A stretch of 27,357 nt of DNA from Flavobacteriales bacterium. Lineage in GTDB: Bacteria > Bacteroidota > Bacteroidia > Palsa-965. Below the pieces are notes generated by a model. The model saw only the letters and a list, made by a program, of their open reading frames with translations, made no database searches and had not been told where the DNA came from. Position numbers and translations under genes: made by a program. The stretch is taken from positions 1-27,357 of the forward strand of contig JBEIPA010000044.1 of assembly GCA_040377305.1 (NCBI GenBank), given 5' to 3'. Positions within the stretch are counted from its first letter, which is position 1, and the number at the start of each line of letters is the position of its first letter. This document shows, in pieces, positions 26,989 through 27,357 of this stretch.

Positions 26989-27357
26989 ACCACATAGAAT
27001 CATAGAAATCGTGGCTTAAAAAAGGGTTCCGACTTGTCGGAACCCTTTCTCTTGTGAACTATGTATCGCGCTTTCGCGCGCCTTTTTTCTAACACCTAAC
27101 ACACTATGTTCCTATGTGGTTAACAGCGCCATTTTCTAACACCTAACACCCTATGATACTACGTGGTTAAAGTCGAGGTAACAAATGGGAGATGTTTCAC
27201 ATCTCCCGTTTCTCTTGTGACCTATGTATCGCGCTTTTGCGCGCCTTTTTCTAACACCCAACACCCTATGTTCCTATGTGTTTAACAGCGCCTTTTTTCT
27301 AACACCTAACACCCTATGATATTACGTGGTTAAAGTCGAGGTAACAAATGGGAGATG
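26989..27357. repeat. downstream copies of the structured element, including a 163-bp tandem repeat truncated by the window end
   Basis: A copy at 26989-27120 starts right after the stop codon. TTTCTCTTGTGA recurs at 27046 and 27209, and GGGAGATG at 27187 and 27350, giving a period of 163. Confidence 0.92.

Noticed and set aside
26989-27357. CRISPR array next to a nuclease gene
   Set aside because: Whole 163-bp units repeat without unique spacers, and the protein is GxxExxY rather than a recognisable Cas.

Overview
Chromosomal window from a Bacteroidota bacterium, judged from T9SS-sorted proteins, TAnnTTTG promoters, pheT without pheS and the long-form HutU. It holds 20 supportable CDS: a DUF1800/DUF1501 pair, a DUF3352-like protein, a DUF5723-TSP3-OmpA protein, a class I GATase, a GH73-LysM hydrolase, an ACC-deaminase-like enzyme, a di-heme peroxidase, two T9SS cargo proteins, DUF5522, a SecA-like fragment, hutU, a methyltransferase, DUF983, a TPR protein, pheT, a GxxExxY protein and three hypotheticals. 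No rRNA, tRNA or CRISPR array is visible. The most notable feature is at the right end, where a GxxExxY PD-(D/E)XK-type nuclease gene sits among copies of a ~215-bp element. That element folds into a nested structure with a perfect four-way junction, shows compensatory changes between copies, and continues as a 163-bp tandem array past the window edge. Several other intergenic gaps hold periodic palindromes, a 47/48-bp REP-like tandem array, and a diverged duplicate of the pheT 3' end. Family assignments come from motif recognition, not database searches.
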